Below are positions 28,601-36,820 of a stretch of 64,000 nt of DNA, one piece after another. This DNA is from Candidatus Dojkabacteria bacterium (GTDB lineage Bacteria > Patescibacteriota > Dojkabacteria > B142 > OLB20). Position 1 is the stretch's first letter. Every line of letters starts with the position of its first letter. Position numbers and translations under genes: made by a program. The notes beneath the pieces are model-generated. The model saw only the letters and a program-made list of their open reading frames with translations, had not been told where the DNA came from and made no database searches. The stretch covers positions 914,209-978,208 of the forward strand of contig CP129475.1 in assembly GCA_030583785.1 (NCBI GenBank), written 5' to 3'.

Positions 28601-29673
28601 AAGAATTTATCGAGTAGTTTGTACAGATTCTTAATTCTTATCTTTGCAGATTCATGAAAAGTTAGGAGCATATCAAATAGCTCGTTTTCGTTGTCAAGCT
28701 CATCAATAAATTTCTCCTTTTCACTAAGTAGTTGTTTATCGAGTTTCTTCAAAAATGATATCTTTTTATCACGATTGTTTTGTCGATATTCATTAATAAC
28801 TTCGTTTACACCGATAACTTTTTCACCATTTTCTAGTGTTTTCCCACCAATTAGCTCGTTATATGTATTCAAACCCTCTTGTGTTAGGCATCGATTATAG
28901 TAAACGATACTTATTAATTGATTTGCAGCGATCTTAAGTTCTCGGTGCGGTTCTAAGATACTTCCAACATCTTGTGACTCAAATGTGAGGATATTCTCGA
29001 TGAAACGATCAAGATTATGATCAATAATTCTTGTAGCTAGAGCAGTACTCGTTCCGTCAGATTTATAAAAATTCTCTCTTGTTGCAAAGAATTTTTTAAA
29101 ATATCCTGTAAAACCTTTCCAACCATCGAAGATTGAAATAATCTCTCCCGTATCTTTATTAATTAACTTTGTTTCTTGATCGTCTCCATAACTTTCTTTA
29201 AGTATCTGGAAGACTTTTTCTTCAAAGAGGATATTAAGATCTGTTTTTTTTAGCTTGAGGTGGGTATATCTTTTTTCTGCCCATTTCTTACCAGTATTAT
29301 TGAATGACGCTATTACTTGAGATCTTAATTCCTGCCTTGCTTTTTTTAATTTATCGAATAGCTTTTTATCTTTTTTATTAGTTTTGTATTCTTTATAGGT
29401 TTTGAGATACTCTTCCAGCCCATCTATTTCGAAGTTGTTCAGTGATTCTTGAATAAATTCTCTATGTAGCTTGTCAAAGTAAGGTTTGGTTCTCTCATAG
29501 GCAAGCTTTCGATTTTTATCAATCTCTACAATGTTATTCTCCATTAACATGTTTTCTGTATTACCAACAGGTTTTAATTCAAATCTTAGTGTTTTTGAAA
29601 GTGGATATAGATTAGTAAAGTCACTGAAGGGGTGCTTAGACATATTAGTATCGTGAAGAATATTGCTTCCCAT
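25663..29673 (-). CDS. cas12a: Cas12a (Cpf1) type V-A effector nuclease
   Basis: The N-terminus ...MSKHPFSDFTNLYPLSKTLRFELKPVG is the Cas12a hallmark. RuvC-I (IGVDRGEKHLAY), RuvC-II (IVMEDLNMRFKQ), RuvC-III (GDENGAYNIARKG) and the Nuc region (ILSPVEPFFDSR) are all present. The likely true start is the internal Met at 29643, which would give 1326 aa. Confidence 0.95.
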   Translation of the reverse strand: MGSNILHDTNMSKHPFSDFTNLYPLSKTLRFELKPVGNTENMLMENNIVEIDKNRKLAYERTKPYFDKLHREFIQESLNNFEIDGLEEYLKTYKEYKTNKKDKKLFDKLKKARQELRSQVIASFNNTGKKWAEKRYTHLKLKKTDLNILFEEKVFQILKESYGDDQETKLINKDTGEIISIFDGWKGFTGYFKKFFATRENFYKSDGTSTALATRIIDHNLDRFIENILTFESQDVGSILEPHRELKIAANQLISIVYYNRCLTQEGLNTYNELIGGKTLENGEKVIGVNEVINEYRQNNRDKKISFLKKLDKQLLSEKEKFIDELDNENELFDMLLTFHESAKIRIKNLYKLLDKFFRSTEEYDIGGILISKEAFNTILHRWINDKSQLEEALYNTLKENAVEGINKVGETYRFPQFITLKDIKTALTAIGDENEIWKDRYYEKSGTSATQAGQPNWLQFVDIFKYEFDSLIVNKQRDQENQIDYSKSEPVFVKLLEEFRINKDTKKIIKDYLDSVLHIYQMAMYFALEKKRNWLTEYDSMLDTFYTEPDIGYLEFYANAYEEIVQPYNKVRNYLTRKPYSEEKWKLNFDNPTLADGWDKNKVASYSTVILRRNHEFFLGIMKKGYNKLFTKAKDTQEAEVEPNHYELLNYKFVKDVVTNIPKTTTQLKEVANHFQNSDDDYVLTKTSSIGDLLNPLKITKEIYEINNRIYLKEDLSRSVLRGEVNSDDEKYYIKVFQKEYLKLGGNETLHREAVKKWIDFCKQFLECYPSTAYFDYSLIKDSEKYDSVDEFYKELNQKGYKVWFTPFAESQIIESNSKGELYLFQIYNKDFSKESRGTKNLHTIYFEELFSQENLDNNYRFKLNGQAELFFRPKTDKDKLGERVDKKGNKRVINTRYSENKYFFHVPITLNRINKGVTRVNDLVCKLLASNDSINIIGVDRGEKHLAYYSVITQDGEVIESGSLNNLKGIDFKKLLSDRAVDRERDRKDWQEIQKIKDLKRGYVSLLVKKISDLAIKHGAIIVMEDLNMRFKQIRSGFEKSTYQQLEKGLIEKLNYLADKTHNNRSELGGIHKAYQLTSPFRSFDEIGKQTGIIFYTQAAYTSKIDPLTGWRPNLYLKNTNAKMAKIDLLNFDSIEYDDTKDHFKFTYDLKKFYPKAKEYPKKHIWTVCSNVERYKWDKKLNNNKGAYEHYDNITISIKEVLEEYEVDINKDLLKQIKDIDEEDKNNSKLFRSLIYYFGLICQIRNTKVDSDGDENDFILSPVEPFFDSRKAEVFGKHLPKNGDENGAYNIARKGVVMIRKVKRFMQVNGQSATPSWNDLYISNLEWDDFASRE

Positions 29674-29749
29674 TATATCATGGGAAAAAATATATAAACA
29701 AACTAAAAAATGTTTAGGTTGGTGAGGGTAAGAATCACATTCTTAGGTC

Positions 29750-29777
29750 AACTAAAGGCTGCGGATATGTTCAAGCA
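29750..29777. repeat. Right copy of the 28-bp direct repeat; encodes the C-terminal MLEHIRSL-stop of the VanW-like gene on the minus strand
   Basis: Identical to 21255-21282. Its reverse complement reads ATG CTT GAA CAT ATC CGC AGC CTT TAG. Confidence 0.75.
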
Positions 29778-30651
29778 TAGATTGTTTATATTCCTCAATC
29801 ATTTCCTGTGGGTCTGTGTACGATATTAATCGAATGTCTTTGTTTGCCATAATATATGCTCCGATGCTTTCGCCTTTGTAGGCGCTAGGATGATCGTTTC
29901 TATAAGTAAGCACGATTCTAATCTTTAGACCTTCAAGCTCTTTAATGTTTTTTATGGCGGGATTTAGTGTAAAGCCATAGTCTTGTCCTCCTCCTGAACT
30001 GATTTTTATGACTGTGTAGCCATAGCCTCGATTACTATCTTTGTAAGTATGCGACCAGTCGGCGTGAGGAGCTCGATCTCCACGGGCAAAAACAAACATA
30101 GGTATACCGTATCTTTCCTTAAACTGATTATTGGCATTGTCCATCATTTGTCCGAGCGCACTTGTACTCCAGCACAAACCGGAACCGAAGAAATAGCCGT
30201 TTTGCGGTCTTACATATCCGTTTCTTGGATTTAAAGAAAGATAGCCGTCTGCGATGACCCGAATTCTATTACCAGGAGCTAAGGTAGGCATGCGATTTAA
30301 TTCTCTGACGCCTGCTGCGGCATTTAAGTATTTCCCCCAGTAGTAGTCATTTTTGTGCAGTGGAAGTTCGGTGAAGGCAAACTGGTAGCTCAAAGAAGGA
30401 TCAATGCTTTCGCCGGCAACAGCAGGTAGGTTGTCGTCACTTGGAAATGCGTCTTCTGCAAAGATGATTCCGTTATCGCTATAGACGGCAAAGTTGTCTT
30501 TATAGGAGTCTTTCCCTTGATAAAACTGTGAGGCGATTCTTTGTCCAAGATTGAAAGTCGGACCCTGTTGAAACAATTTAATTCGTGCAGATACCGACAC
30601 AGGCTGTGCCAACAGTAAAGTAATTACTAACAGGAATTTCAGGATTTTCAT
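29752..30651 (-). CDS. Exported VanW-like domain protein
   Basis: Signal peptide MKILKFLLVITLLLAQPVSVSA. NGYFFGSGLCWSTSALGQ resembles the VanW GGGxCQxSTTLY motif. Confidence 0.45.
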   Translation of the reverse strand: MKILKFLLVITLLLAQPVSVSARIKLFQQGPTFNLGQRIASQFYQGKDSYKDNFAVYSDNGIIFAEDAFPSDDNLPAVAGESIDPSLSYQFAFTELPLHKNDYYWGKYLNAAAGVRELNRMPTLAPGNRIRVIADGYLSLNPRNGYVRPQNGYFFGSGLCWSTSALGQMMDNANNQFKERYGIPMFVFARGDRAPHADWSHTYKDSNRGYGYTVIKISSGGGQDYGFTLNPAIKNIKELEGLKIRIVLTYRNDHPSAYKGESIGAYIMANKDIRLISYTDPQEMIEEYKQSMLEHIRSL

Positions 30652-30707
30652 TGATCGATACTACTCTGATATACAGACTAGCATAATCGCAGTGAACTTT
30701 GAATCAA

Positions 30708-30784
30708 TGGTGCGCTGAGAAGGACTCGAACCTTCAACCTACTGCTTAGAAGGCAGTTGCTCTATCCATTGAGCTATCAGCGCC
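30708..30784 (-). tRNA. tRNA-Arg (anticodon TCT), CCA encoded
   Basis: Reverse complement GGCGCTGATAGCTCAATGGATAGAGCAACTGCCTTCTAAGCAGTAGGTTGAAGGTTCGAGTCCTTCTCAGCGCACCA, with anticodon loop CTTCTAA. Confidence 0.85.
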
Positions 30785-30904
30785 CAGTAACGCCACCAAT
30801 TATAGCAGTAGATTAATTATTTATAAAGCCAAAAGAATTGTAATGCAGCACAATGCATAAATATTTGCATATTCGTAATCTGGATAGTAATTAATCTAAA
30901 GAAT

Positions 30905-31591
30905 ATGCAAAAACCATTCCCAGAAATTGAAACAGCTAAGACAAATACAGACGAACTTATGCAGTGTTTTCTGCATGATTTGTCTGGTCCTTTGTCTATA
31001 TTGCAAATGCAGTTAGAGCAAGCCGGTCGAGATATTACCCATGAACAGATAGTTTCGGTTAAATCGTTGTTAAGTAAAGCACAGCAAGGACTAAGTCATG
31101 TAAATCGTATGGTTGTTTCTGCCAAGACAGGAATTGACGATTCTGCCGAACTTAGCTTTTCTGCAGTTCATCAGCTTAACCAGCTCTGTGATTGGTATGG
31201 TTTGCTTGCCACAGAACATGAAATCGACTTAATACAAGATTATCTCGACGACAAAATACTGCTTGGTAGCTCTACAATATTTAATCGCTGTCTGGCCAAT
31301 GTTATTCAAAATGCCATCGAAGCTCTTGTGACCGTAAAAGGGACGAAACAAATCCTAATTGCAACAAAACGAACGATAAGCTCATTCATTGTAAGCATCT
31401 CCGACAATGGAATTGGAATACAGCCACATTTGCTGCCGCTACTATGTAACAAAGGTTTTTCGAAGAAGGGAACAAACCGAGGATACGGCTTATATAATGT
31501 TAAAAAACAAATGGCAAAGCATTTTAATGCAGAAATAAATATTGCTACCAATAAAAGCAAGGGAACAAAAGTCAGGTTGATCTTTCGCTAA
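30905..31591 (+). CDS. Cytoplasmic sensor histidine kinase (HisKA + HATPase_c)
   Basis: H-box FLHDLSGPLS. ATPase N/G boxes are present (IQNAIEAL; ISDNGIGI; GYGLYNVKK). No TM segments. Confidence 0.65.
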   Translation: MQKPFPEIETAKTNTDELMQCFLHDLSGPLSILQMQLEQAGRDITHEQIVSVKSLLSKAQQGLSHVNRMVVSAKTGIDDSAELSFSAVHQLNQLCDWYGLLATEHEIDLIQDYLDDKILLGSSTIFNRCLANVIQNAIEALVTVKGTKQILIATKRTISSFIVSISDNGIGIQPHLLPLLCNKGFSKKGTNRGYGLYNVKKQMAKHFNAEINIATNKSKGTKVRLIFR

Positions 31592-31597
31592 AAGAAA

Positions 31598-32152
31598 CTA
31601 AATAGGACTCTCTTTAAGCTTTAGAAAGTACCCAATTACAGTAGATATCGGGTGCAGTGTAAACCAGATTAAAAATATTAGAACATACTCAAGTAGGTTC
31701 AATTGAACATAAAAAAGTGTAAAGGCTACTCCTCCGATGATATAGTCAAGCTGGTCAAACGGAAACCAGGCTTTGCCGGGAGCTACTCCTATTCTGCGTT
31801 TAAAAGAACTTTCAATTGCATCTCCCAGTAATGCGCCAAGTGCGAATAACGAGCCAAGTATAAGGGGATTTATTTGACTGTAATCAAGGTTAATTGATTC
31901 TTTTAAGTAATCACTTTGCATGTAGATGTTTTGTTGAAGCAAGACTACAACGATGCCGACGATTATTCCTGCAATCAGTCCACGAATTGATTTGTTCTTG
32001 CCGAATAATCTGGCGCCCCCAATTTCGATGCCAAAGTCTAGGGGTGCATTAAACTTTTTTAGAAAAGGTATCTTCATGGCAATGACGGGCGCCGTATTTG
32101 CAAGACCTGCAGGAAGAAAGAACCATATTGCCGTGAGTATTGCTTCAAACAT
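31598..32152 (-). CDS. CDP-archaeol synthase (CarS, DUF46)-like integral membrane cytidylyltransferase
   Basis: WFFLPAGLANTAPV, GKNKSIRG and GDAIESSFKRRIG parallel CarS motifs (LPAYxPN...GxxKTWRG...GDLxxSFIKRRxG). The 184-aa polytopic size is typical. Confidence 0.5.
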   Translation of the reverse strand: MFEAILTAIWFFLPAGLANTAPVIAMKIPFLKKFNAPLDFGIEIGGARLFGKNKSIRGLIAGIIVGIVVVLLQQNIYMQSDYLKESINLDYSQINPLILGSLFALGALLGDAIESSFKRRIGVAPGKAWFPFDQLDYIIGGVAFTLFYVQLNLLEYVLIFLIWFTLHPISTVIGYFLKLKESPI

Positions 32153-33083
32153 GCTCTAGAAGATAGGAAATATAATATTTGCAGAGTCTTTCTATTTGGC
32201 TTGGGATGATAATCCCTTTCTTAATAGTATTATCTTTGGTATTCCAGAGCCATCTGGTATCAACAAATGTAACGCGCTTACTGGAAACAATAATATTATC
32301 TGTTTTTAGAAGCCAATCAGATACTTCTTTGACCGGATATCTGGGTCTTGTGTCTGGGAGAAGATTATCCTTCATTCTCATTAATAGGATTAGATAGATG
32401 AGAATGATTAACTGATAGATCACTGCGTCGCTGAAGTCGTCGTTATCTATGTTTAAGTCGTGAAGTAATTCACCTTCAACAAATTTTTGAATAATAAAGT
32501 ATGTGTCTCGGCCTTTATTTTGAGGAGATATTGACTTGCCGTAGAGTAGATATTCTTTCGGTAGAAAATTATGGTATCGATATTTTGAGCCTAGAACCTT
32601 TTCGATGTTGTCATCAAGTTTTATCTTGAAGAACTTTTCGATTTCACTTCGATATAAAAGCAGATCGTCACGGATTCTTTTTTGCGAGCTGAAGAACAGA
32701 TCACGATTTTCGTGGTAATAATAATCGTCTTTTCTAAAATAACCAAAGTATTGAACAAAAGTTAGATACATTTCGTATTGTCTGCGGATTTCATCTTCGT
32801 CTGGTAGAAATGTAAATTGAAACAGTTTGAGAACCTTTTGAGCAAGCATTGTCGGAAAGGGAAGCTTAGCATTTTCGAACATGACAGAAATATCTATGTC
32901 CCATCTGCCTTCTTTAATTACCCATTCTGAATTTTGCAGTTTGAATGTTCTGCCTTGCAGACCCTGACCTATTGGTTTTAGTTCGTAACCTGAAAAGATT
33001 TCTTCGATAGGTGCTTTGTGCAGCTTGTTGGCCGAATAAATAGCATATTTGCGAAATTTTTGTTCTAATTCAGATATTGCCAT
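32145..33083 (-). CDS. Hypothetical protein (possible kinase-like fold)
   Basis: PIGQGLQGRTFKL resembles a glycine-rich loop, but no catalytic loop is clear. Confidence 0.35.
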   Translation of the reverse strand: MAISELEQKFRKYAIYSANKLHKAPIEEIFSGYELKPIGQGLQGRTFKLQNSEWVIKEGRWDIDISVMFENAKLPFPTMLAQKVLKLFQFTFLPDEDEIRRQYEMYLTFVQYFGYFRKDDYYYHENRDLFFSSQKRIRDDLLLYRSEIEKFFKIKLDDNIEKVLGSKYRYHNFLPKEYLLYGKSISPQNKGRDTYFIIQKFVEGELLHDLNIDNDDFSDAVIYQLIILIYLILLMRMKDNLLPDTRPRYPVKEVSDWLLKTDNIIVSSKRVTFVDTRWLWNTKDNTIKKGIIIPSQIERLCKYYISYLLEHV

Positions 33084-33115
33084 GAGAGATTATTATACCT
33101 CTCGTTTGATTTAGG

Positions 33116-33802
33116 TCAAAGTCTGCCGTTTCTGATTTGATAGCCAATTCCATGAACGGTTTTGATGATGTCGCACTTAAATACTTTTTTTACCTTTCTA
33201 CGGATGTTGCTGATGTGCACATCTATTGTTCCGCTAAAAGGTTCTTTGTCTCCCCAGACATTACTAAGTATTTGGCTACGACTTACTGCTGAATTATTGT
33301 ATTTGCTTAGATAATAGATTAGCTCAAACTCTCGTTTGCGAAGTGGGAGTCTGGTGCGGCCCCGTTTTAGTTCTAAGGTGTTTTGATCAAGCTGTAAATC
33401 TTGTATAAACTCGATATGGCCTTTAGTAATAGGGGGCCGCACCAACAACTTATCTATTCTGGCTCGCAGTTCTTGCATAGAGAAGGGTTTGGTGACATAA
33501 TCGTCTGCGCCTTCTGCCAAGACCTTGCAAATATGTTCAATATTATCTGTGCCACTTAGAAATAGTACGGGAGTGTCATATTGAAGACTACGAATCTTTT
33601 TTAACAATTGCAGACCGGTTTCGCTTGCCATGGTATGATCTAAAATGATTAAATCAGGAAGCTGATTTTCTAAAATTCTAAGACCGCTTTTTGCGTCTGT
33701 TGCCAAATGGCAGAAATAGTCTTTATCGCCTAAATAGTGACGAATGTTTTGAATGAGTTTTAGGTTATCGTCAATAAGTAGCAGTTTATACATAGTATTC
33801 AA
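33116..33802 (-). CDS. OmpR-family response regulator
   Basis: REC domain (LLLIDD...DLIILD...TKPF) followed by a winged-helix trans_reg_C domain (TVHGIGYQIRNG). The start may be the Met at 33793. Confidence 0.85.
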   Translation of the reverse strand: MNTMYKLLLIDDNLKLIQNIRHYLGDKDYFCHLATDAKSGLRILENQLPDLIILDHTMASETGLQLLKKIRSLQYDTPVLFLSGTDNIEHICKVLAEGADDYVTKPFSMQELRARIDKLLVRPPITKGHIEFIQDLQLDQNTLELKRGRTRLPLRKREFELIYYLSKYNNSAVSRSQILSNVWGDKEPFSGTIDVHISNIRRKVKKVFKCDIIKTVHGIGYQIRNGRL

Positions 33803-33886
33803 TTAAAGAATTAATTATTCGTTTTTCTTTTGCTTGTATTTTATTCTTTGTTCGTGGTAACAAGCATTGTGATCTAATACAAATTT

Positions 33887-34723
33887 ATGAAAAAAAATCT
33901 TTTACAGCTTAGTAGTTTTCAGAAACTTATAATCTTCCTAATAACCCTCTCGGTAGGCATAATCGCCATAAACGAGACGCAAACCAGACACCTTAGTGTT
34001 GCCGAAGAAGATACTATTGAGATACAAGAATCAGATTCAGACACAGAAGTCGATCTTCAACTAGCCGAAAATCAGGAACAAGAAAGCGCCGACCTTTTAG
34101 GTATTTCAGACAGAAAAGTAACTGTCTTTTTAGATAAAGATGGGAATGGCAACTATACCCAGACTGATTCATTGTGTGATACCTGCGTTGCCAAATCCCT
34201 TGTGGCAGGTAATAGAACAAATGGAAGATATCCTGATTTAAAAGAATTGAAGACTATTACTATTGCTTCATCGGGAAGTCTTCAAGAGTCCGACCTACTA
34301 ACAGTTAATTCAGTTTGGGGTTTCTTTCCCGATAGGGATCTGGCGATTATTCCGTTTACTGTAGCCTTAAACGACGGCAGTTCAGATCTTTACATTCCTG
34401 CAAGATCGGTTAAACATAAAATTTCTGGTAATAATGCAAATATTGCCTTCGTAAATAGTGTTGATGAAACAAAAATACTTATCGGGTTCTCTAAATTAAT
34501 ACCAAGCTACATTACTGCTGCGAACGAAAATAGCGATGTTTGGGTACAGCTTACTCCCGATACAGGCAAACCGGATTTTCAATATCTTGCCAAATCTAAA
34601 TTAACAAAAGATGATGCCTTGCTGACTGGCAGCAGTGACGGCTATTTGCTCGAAGTCGACTTTCAGACCAAACAGAGTTTAGACAAGCTATCAGCCGAGC
34701 AACTATATTTCTTCTTGCTTTAG
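33887..34723 (+). CDS. Exported/membrane-anchored hypothetical protein
   Basis: N-terminal hydrophobic segment IIFLITLSVGIIAI. No recognised motifs. Confidence 0.45.
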   Translation: MKKNLLQLSSFQKLIIFLITLSVGIIAINETQTRHLSVAEEDTIEIQESDSDTEVDLQLAENQEQESADLLGISDRKVTVFLDKDGNGNYTQTDSLCDTCVAKSLVAGNRTNGRYPDLKELKTITIASSGSLQESDLLTVNSVWGFFPDRDLAIIPFTVALNDGSSDLYIPARSVKHKISGNNANIAFVNSVDETKILIGFSKLIPSYITAANENSDVWVQLTPDTGKPDFQYLAKSKLTKDDALLTGSSDGYLLEVDFQTKQSLDKLSAEQLYFFLL

Positions 34724-34748
34724 ACTCGATTCGTAAATACAATGTGAT

Positions 34749-36035
34749 ATGAGCCTCCTTGATTATGTCAACTTAGGACTAGATCATTTGTCCGTTAAGG
34801 ATTTGCATTCGCTTGCCAATGATTACGCAACCCAGATTAAAGATTCACTCGAAGGCAAACCAACCACACTTGAAATGATTCCTGCTCAGATCGCAAAAAA
34901 GAACACTGACTCTGGTTCTGGAGTTGTGCTAGCCATAGACATTGGAGGCAGTAAAGTTCGTTTGGCATTCATCTCTCGAAACGGATCAAACCAAGAAGTG
35001 CTGACTGAAACACAATTTGAATTCAAAGGGGGATCATTAACTATCGATGAATACAGTTCAATGCTTGTCAGCAAGATCTTAGAGTTTTATCAGACTTATA
35101 AACTGCCCGAGATTTTGGGGATTGGTTTTGTCTTTTCGTTTCCTGCAAAGATAATTCAAACAAACTGCGGTACCGATGTTAGCAGAGAGGGCTATGATGA
35201 TGAATGGGGCAAAGATTTTCTGGTAAAAGATTCAAACATAAACATTACTAGGCAAATTCGCAACGAACTAGAAAAGAAAGGTTTCCCAGTCAATTGTTGG
35301 GTTTCGATGAATGATGTTACGGCACTTCTTTATACTCAACAAGATTCTAATATTTGTTTCGTGGCTGGAACGGGTTTTAATTTGGGTATAAATATTAATG
35401 GAAGCTTGTATAACACAGAATCGGGCTTCTTTTCTTCTCCTCTGTTTGTGCAACTTATGCCTAAGGTAGTAAAGAAGTACTTTGCAGAGGTAGAAGCAAT
35501 TCTCAAAATCAATGACGAAGATCCTGGGCAAAGTTTGCACATGCTTGATATAACAGAAGTTCAAGTCGGGGGTCTATATTTATACCGACTACTTATCTTG
35601 GCAATGCTTACGCTTGGGGACTGTGATAACAGCCTGATAATTGCTATAAATCGTCTAGAAAGCAAAGCCTTAACTATGGCATTGACTTCCGAATACGAGT
35701 CTATTTCCAAAGAGTGTGACTGCGGAATGACGCCTCGAAGGTTTGAGAATTTGAAAAGCGTGTCTGCACTTCTTAGAGATCGTGCTGCAGATATTGTTGC
35801 TTTTCAGATTGCAGGAGCACTTCAGGTGCGCCAAGATGTAAACGACGGGAATCATACTATCGTTGCTAACGGCTCGCTAATTGAAAAACTCCCCGGTTTT
35901 AAAGAGCGAATCGTGTCACGAGTCAAAGAGATCTGGGGTTACAACATAACTATAGCAACAAACGACGAAGCACCGCTAATTGGAGCTGCAAATGCCTGCT
36001 TTGATCATGTCCTTAACTCAGGAGAGAATAAATGA
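34749..36035 (+). CDS. Hexokinase-family sugar kinase
   Basis: LAIDIGGSKVRLAFI and GFVFSFPAKI match the hexokinase phosphate-1 and sugar-binding signatures (LAIDLGGTNFRV; GFTFSFP). Confidence 0.7.
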   Translation: MSLLDYVNLGLDHLSVKDLHSLANDYATQIKDSLEGKPTTLEMIPAQIAKKNTDSGSGVVLAIDIGGSKVRLAFISRNGSNQEVLTETQFEFKGGSLTIDEYSSMLVSKILEFYQTYKLPEILGIGFVFSFPAKIIQTNCGTDVSREGYDDEWGKDFLVKDSNINITRQIRNELEKKGFPVNCWVSMNDVTALLYTQQDSNICFVAGTGFNLGININGSLYNTESGFFSSPLFVQLMPKVVKKYFAEVEAILKINDEDPGQSLHMLDITEVQVGGLYLYRLLILAMLTLGDCDNSLIIAINRLESKALTMALTSEYESISKECDCGMTPRRFENLKSVSALLRDRAADIVAFQIAGALQVRQDVNDGNHTIVANGSLIEKLPGFKERIVSRVKEIWGYNITIATNDEAPLIGAANACFDHVLNSGENK

Positions 36036-36588
36036 CAATAAAATAGGTTATTGTCAGAATGGTTGACGCCTTTTCGGTGAGCGTGTTTTGTGTTCGGATT
36101 GTTTCGATAAAATGTAGGCTTTGCCATAGCGGAACAGCAAGCAGTGCAATGATGTAAAGTGAATTGAAGTTTAATGACGCGATATTTTCGACAAGAAATA
36201 TAATTATGACAAAAAGAATTCGGTCGATAAGAAATGCAGTAACGATTACTGGGAGCAAGCCTTTGATCGTTTTAACAAGAGACAGTTTTAACTTGTAAAT
36301 CCTTCCTACTACGAAGAAGAATAATAACACTATAAGGTTTAGAAGAATATATAATACTGCGACTCCAAGCCCGTAAGCCATAGCGTTTAATACTCCTACA
36401 GAGTATTGTGCCGAGCCTGAACTGATAAGTAATTCTGCAGGTATGTACATAAGGATACTGACAACAAAAACCAAAGCAGACCAGAGCATAAGTTTTTTGT
36501 TATTAACTCCAGAAACCCTTTTTTGGAATGAATTGGGATTAAATAGTAATAAACCGGCTTTCTTATCAAGTTCTCTTAGTATTTGCAT
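36013..36588 (-). CDS. Polytopic membrane protein (hypothetical)
   Basis: Five to six predicted TM helices. No motif. Confidence 0.45.
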   Translation of the reverse strand: MQILRELDKKAGLLLFNPNSFQKRVSGVNNKKLMLWSALVFVVSILMYIPAELLISSGSAQYSVGVLNAMAYGLGVAVLYILLNLIVLLFFFVVGRIYKLKLSLVKTIKGLLPVIVTAFLIDRILFVIIIFLVENIASLNFNSLYIIALLAVPLWQSLHFIETIRTQNTLTEKASTILTITYFIVIYSLLS

Positions 36589-36670
36589 ATTGACCTTAGA
36601 ATAATTTAATCATAAGCTAATACTAGCAAAGTTTCGCCACTTAGCGATATAACTTTATATATTTATTTAC

Positions 36671-36820
36671 GATGGAAGGATTTGTAGTGTCTCTGGTTGT
36701 AAGCGCAATTACAGGTTTTGTTGTTGCCTTCATTGTCAGATCTACACAACTAACAAAGAATATGACTCCAGAAGAGAAAAAGCGCAAAACAGGTGGCTTT
36801 GATGTAGAGGTCGACTTATG
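36671..36820 (+). CDS. Small membrane protein (49 aa), putative
   Basis: MEGFVVSLVVSAITGFVVAFIVRSTQLTKNMTPEEKKRKTGGFDVEVDL. Its stop overlaps the start of the next ORF (ATGA). Short, so low confidence. Confidence 0.3.

Noticed and set aside
21281-29673. Possibility that the cas cassette is a casposon-like or transposon-borne unit
   Set aside because: No terminal inverted repeats, no transposase, TnsB/C or integrase inside. Only a 28-bp direct repeat is seen. The mechanism is therefore left open rather than called as a mobile element.
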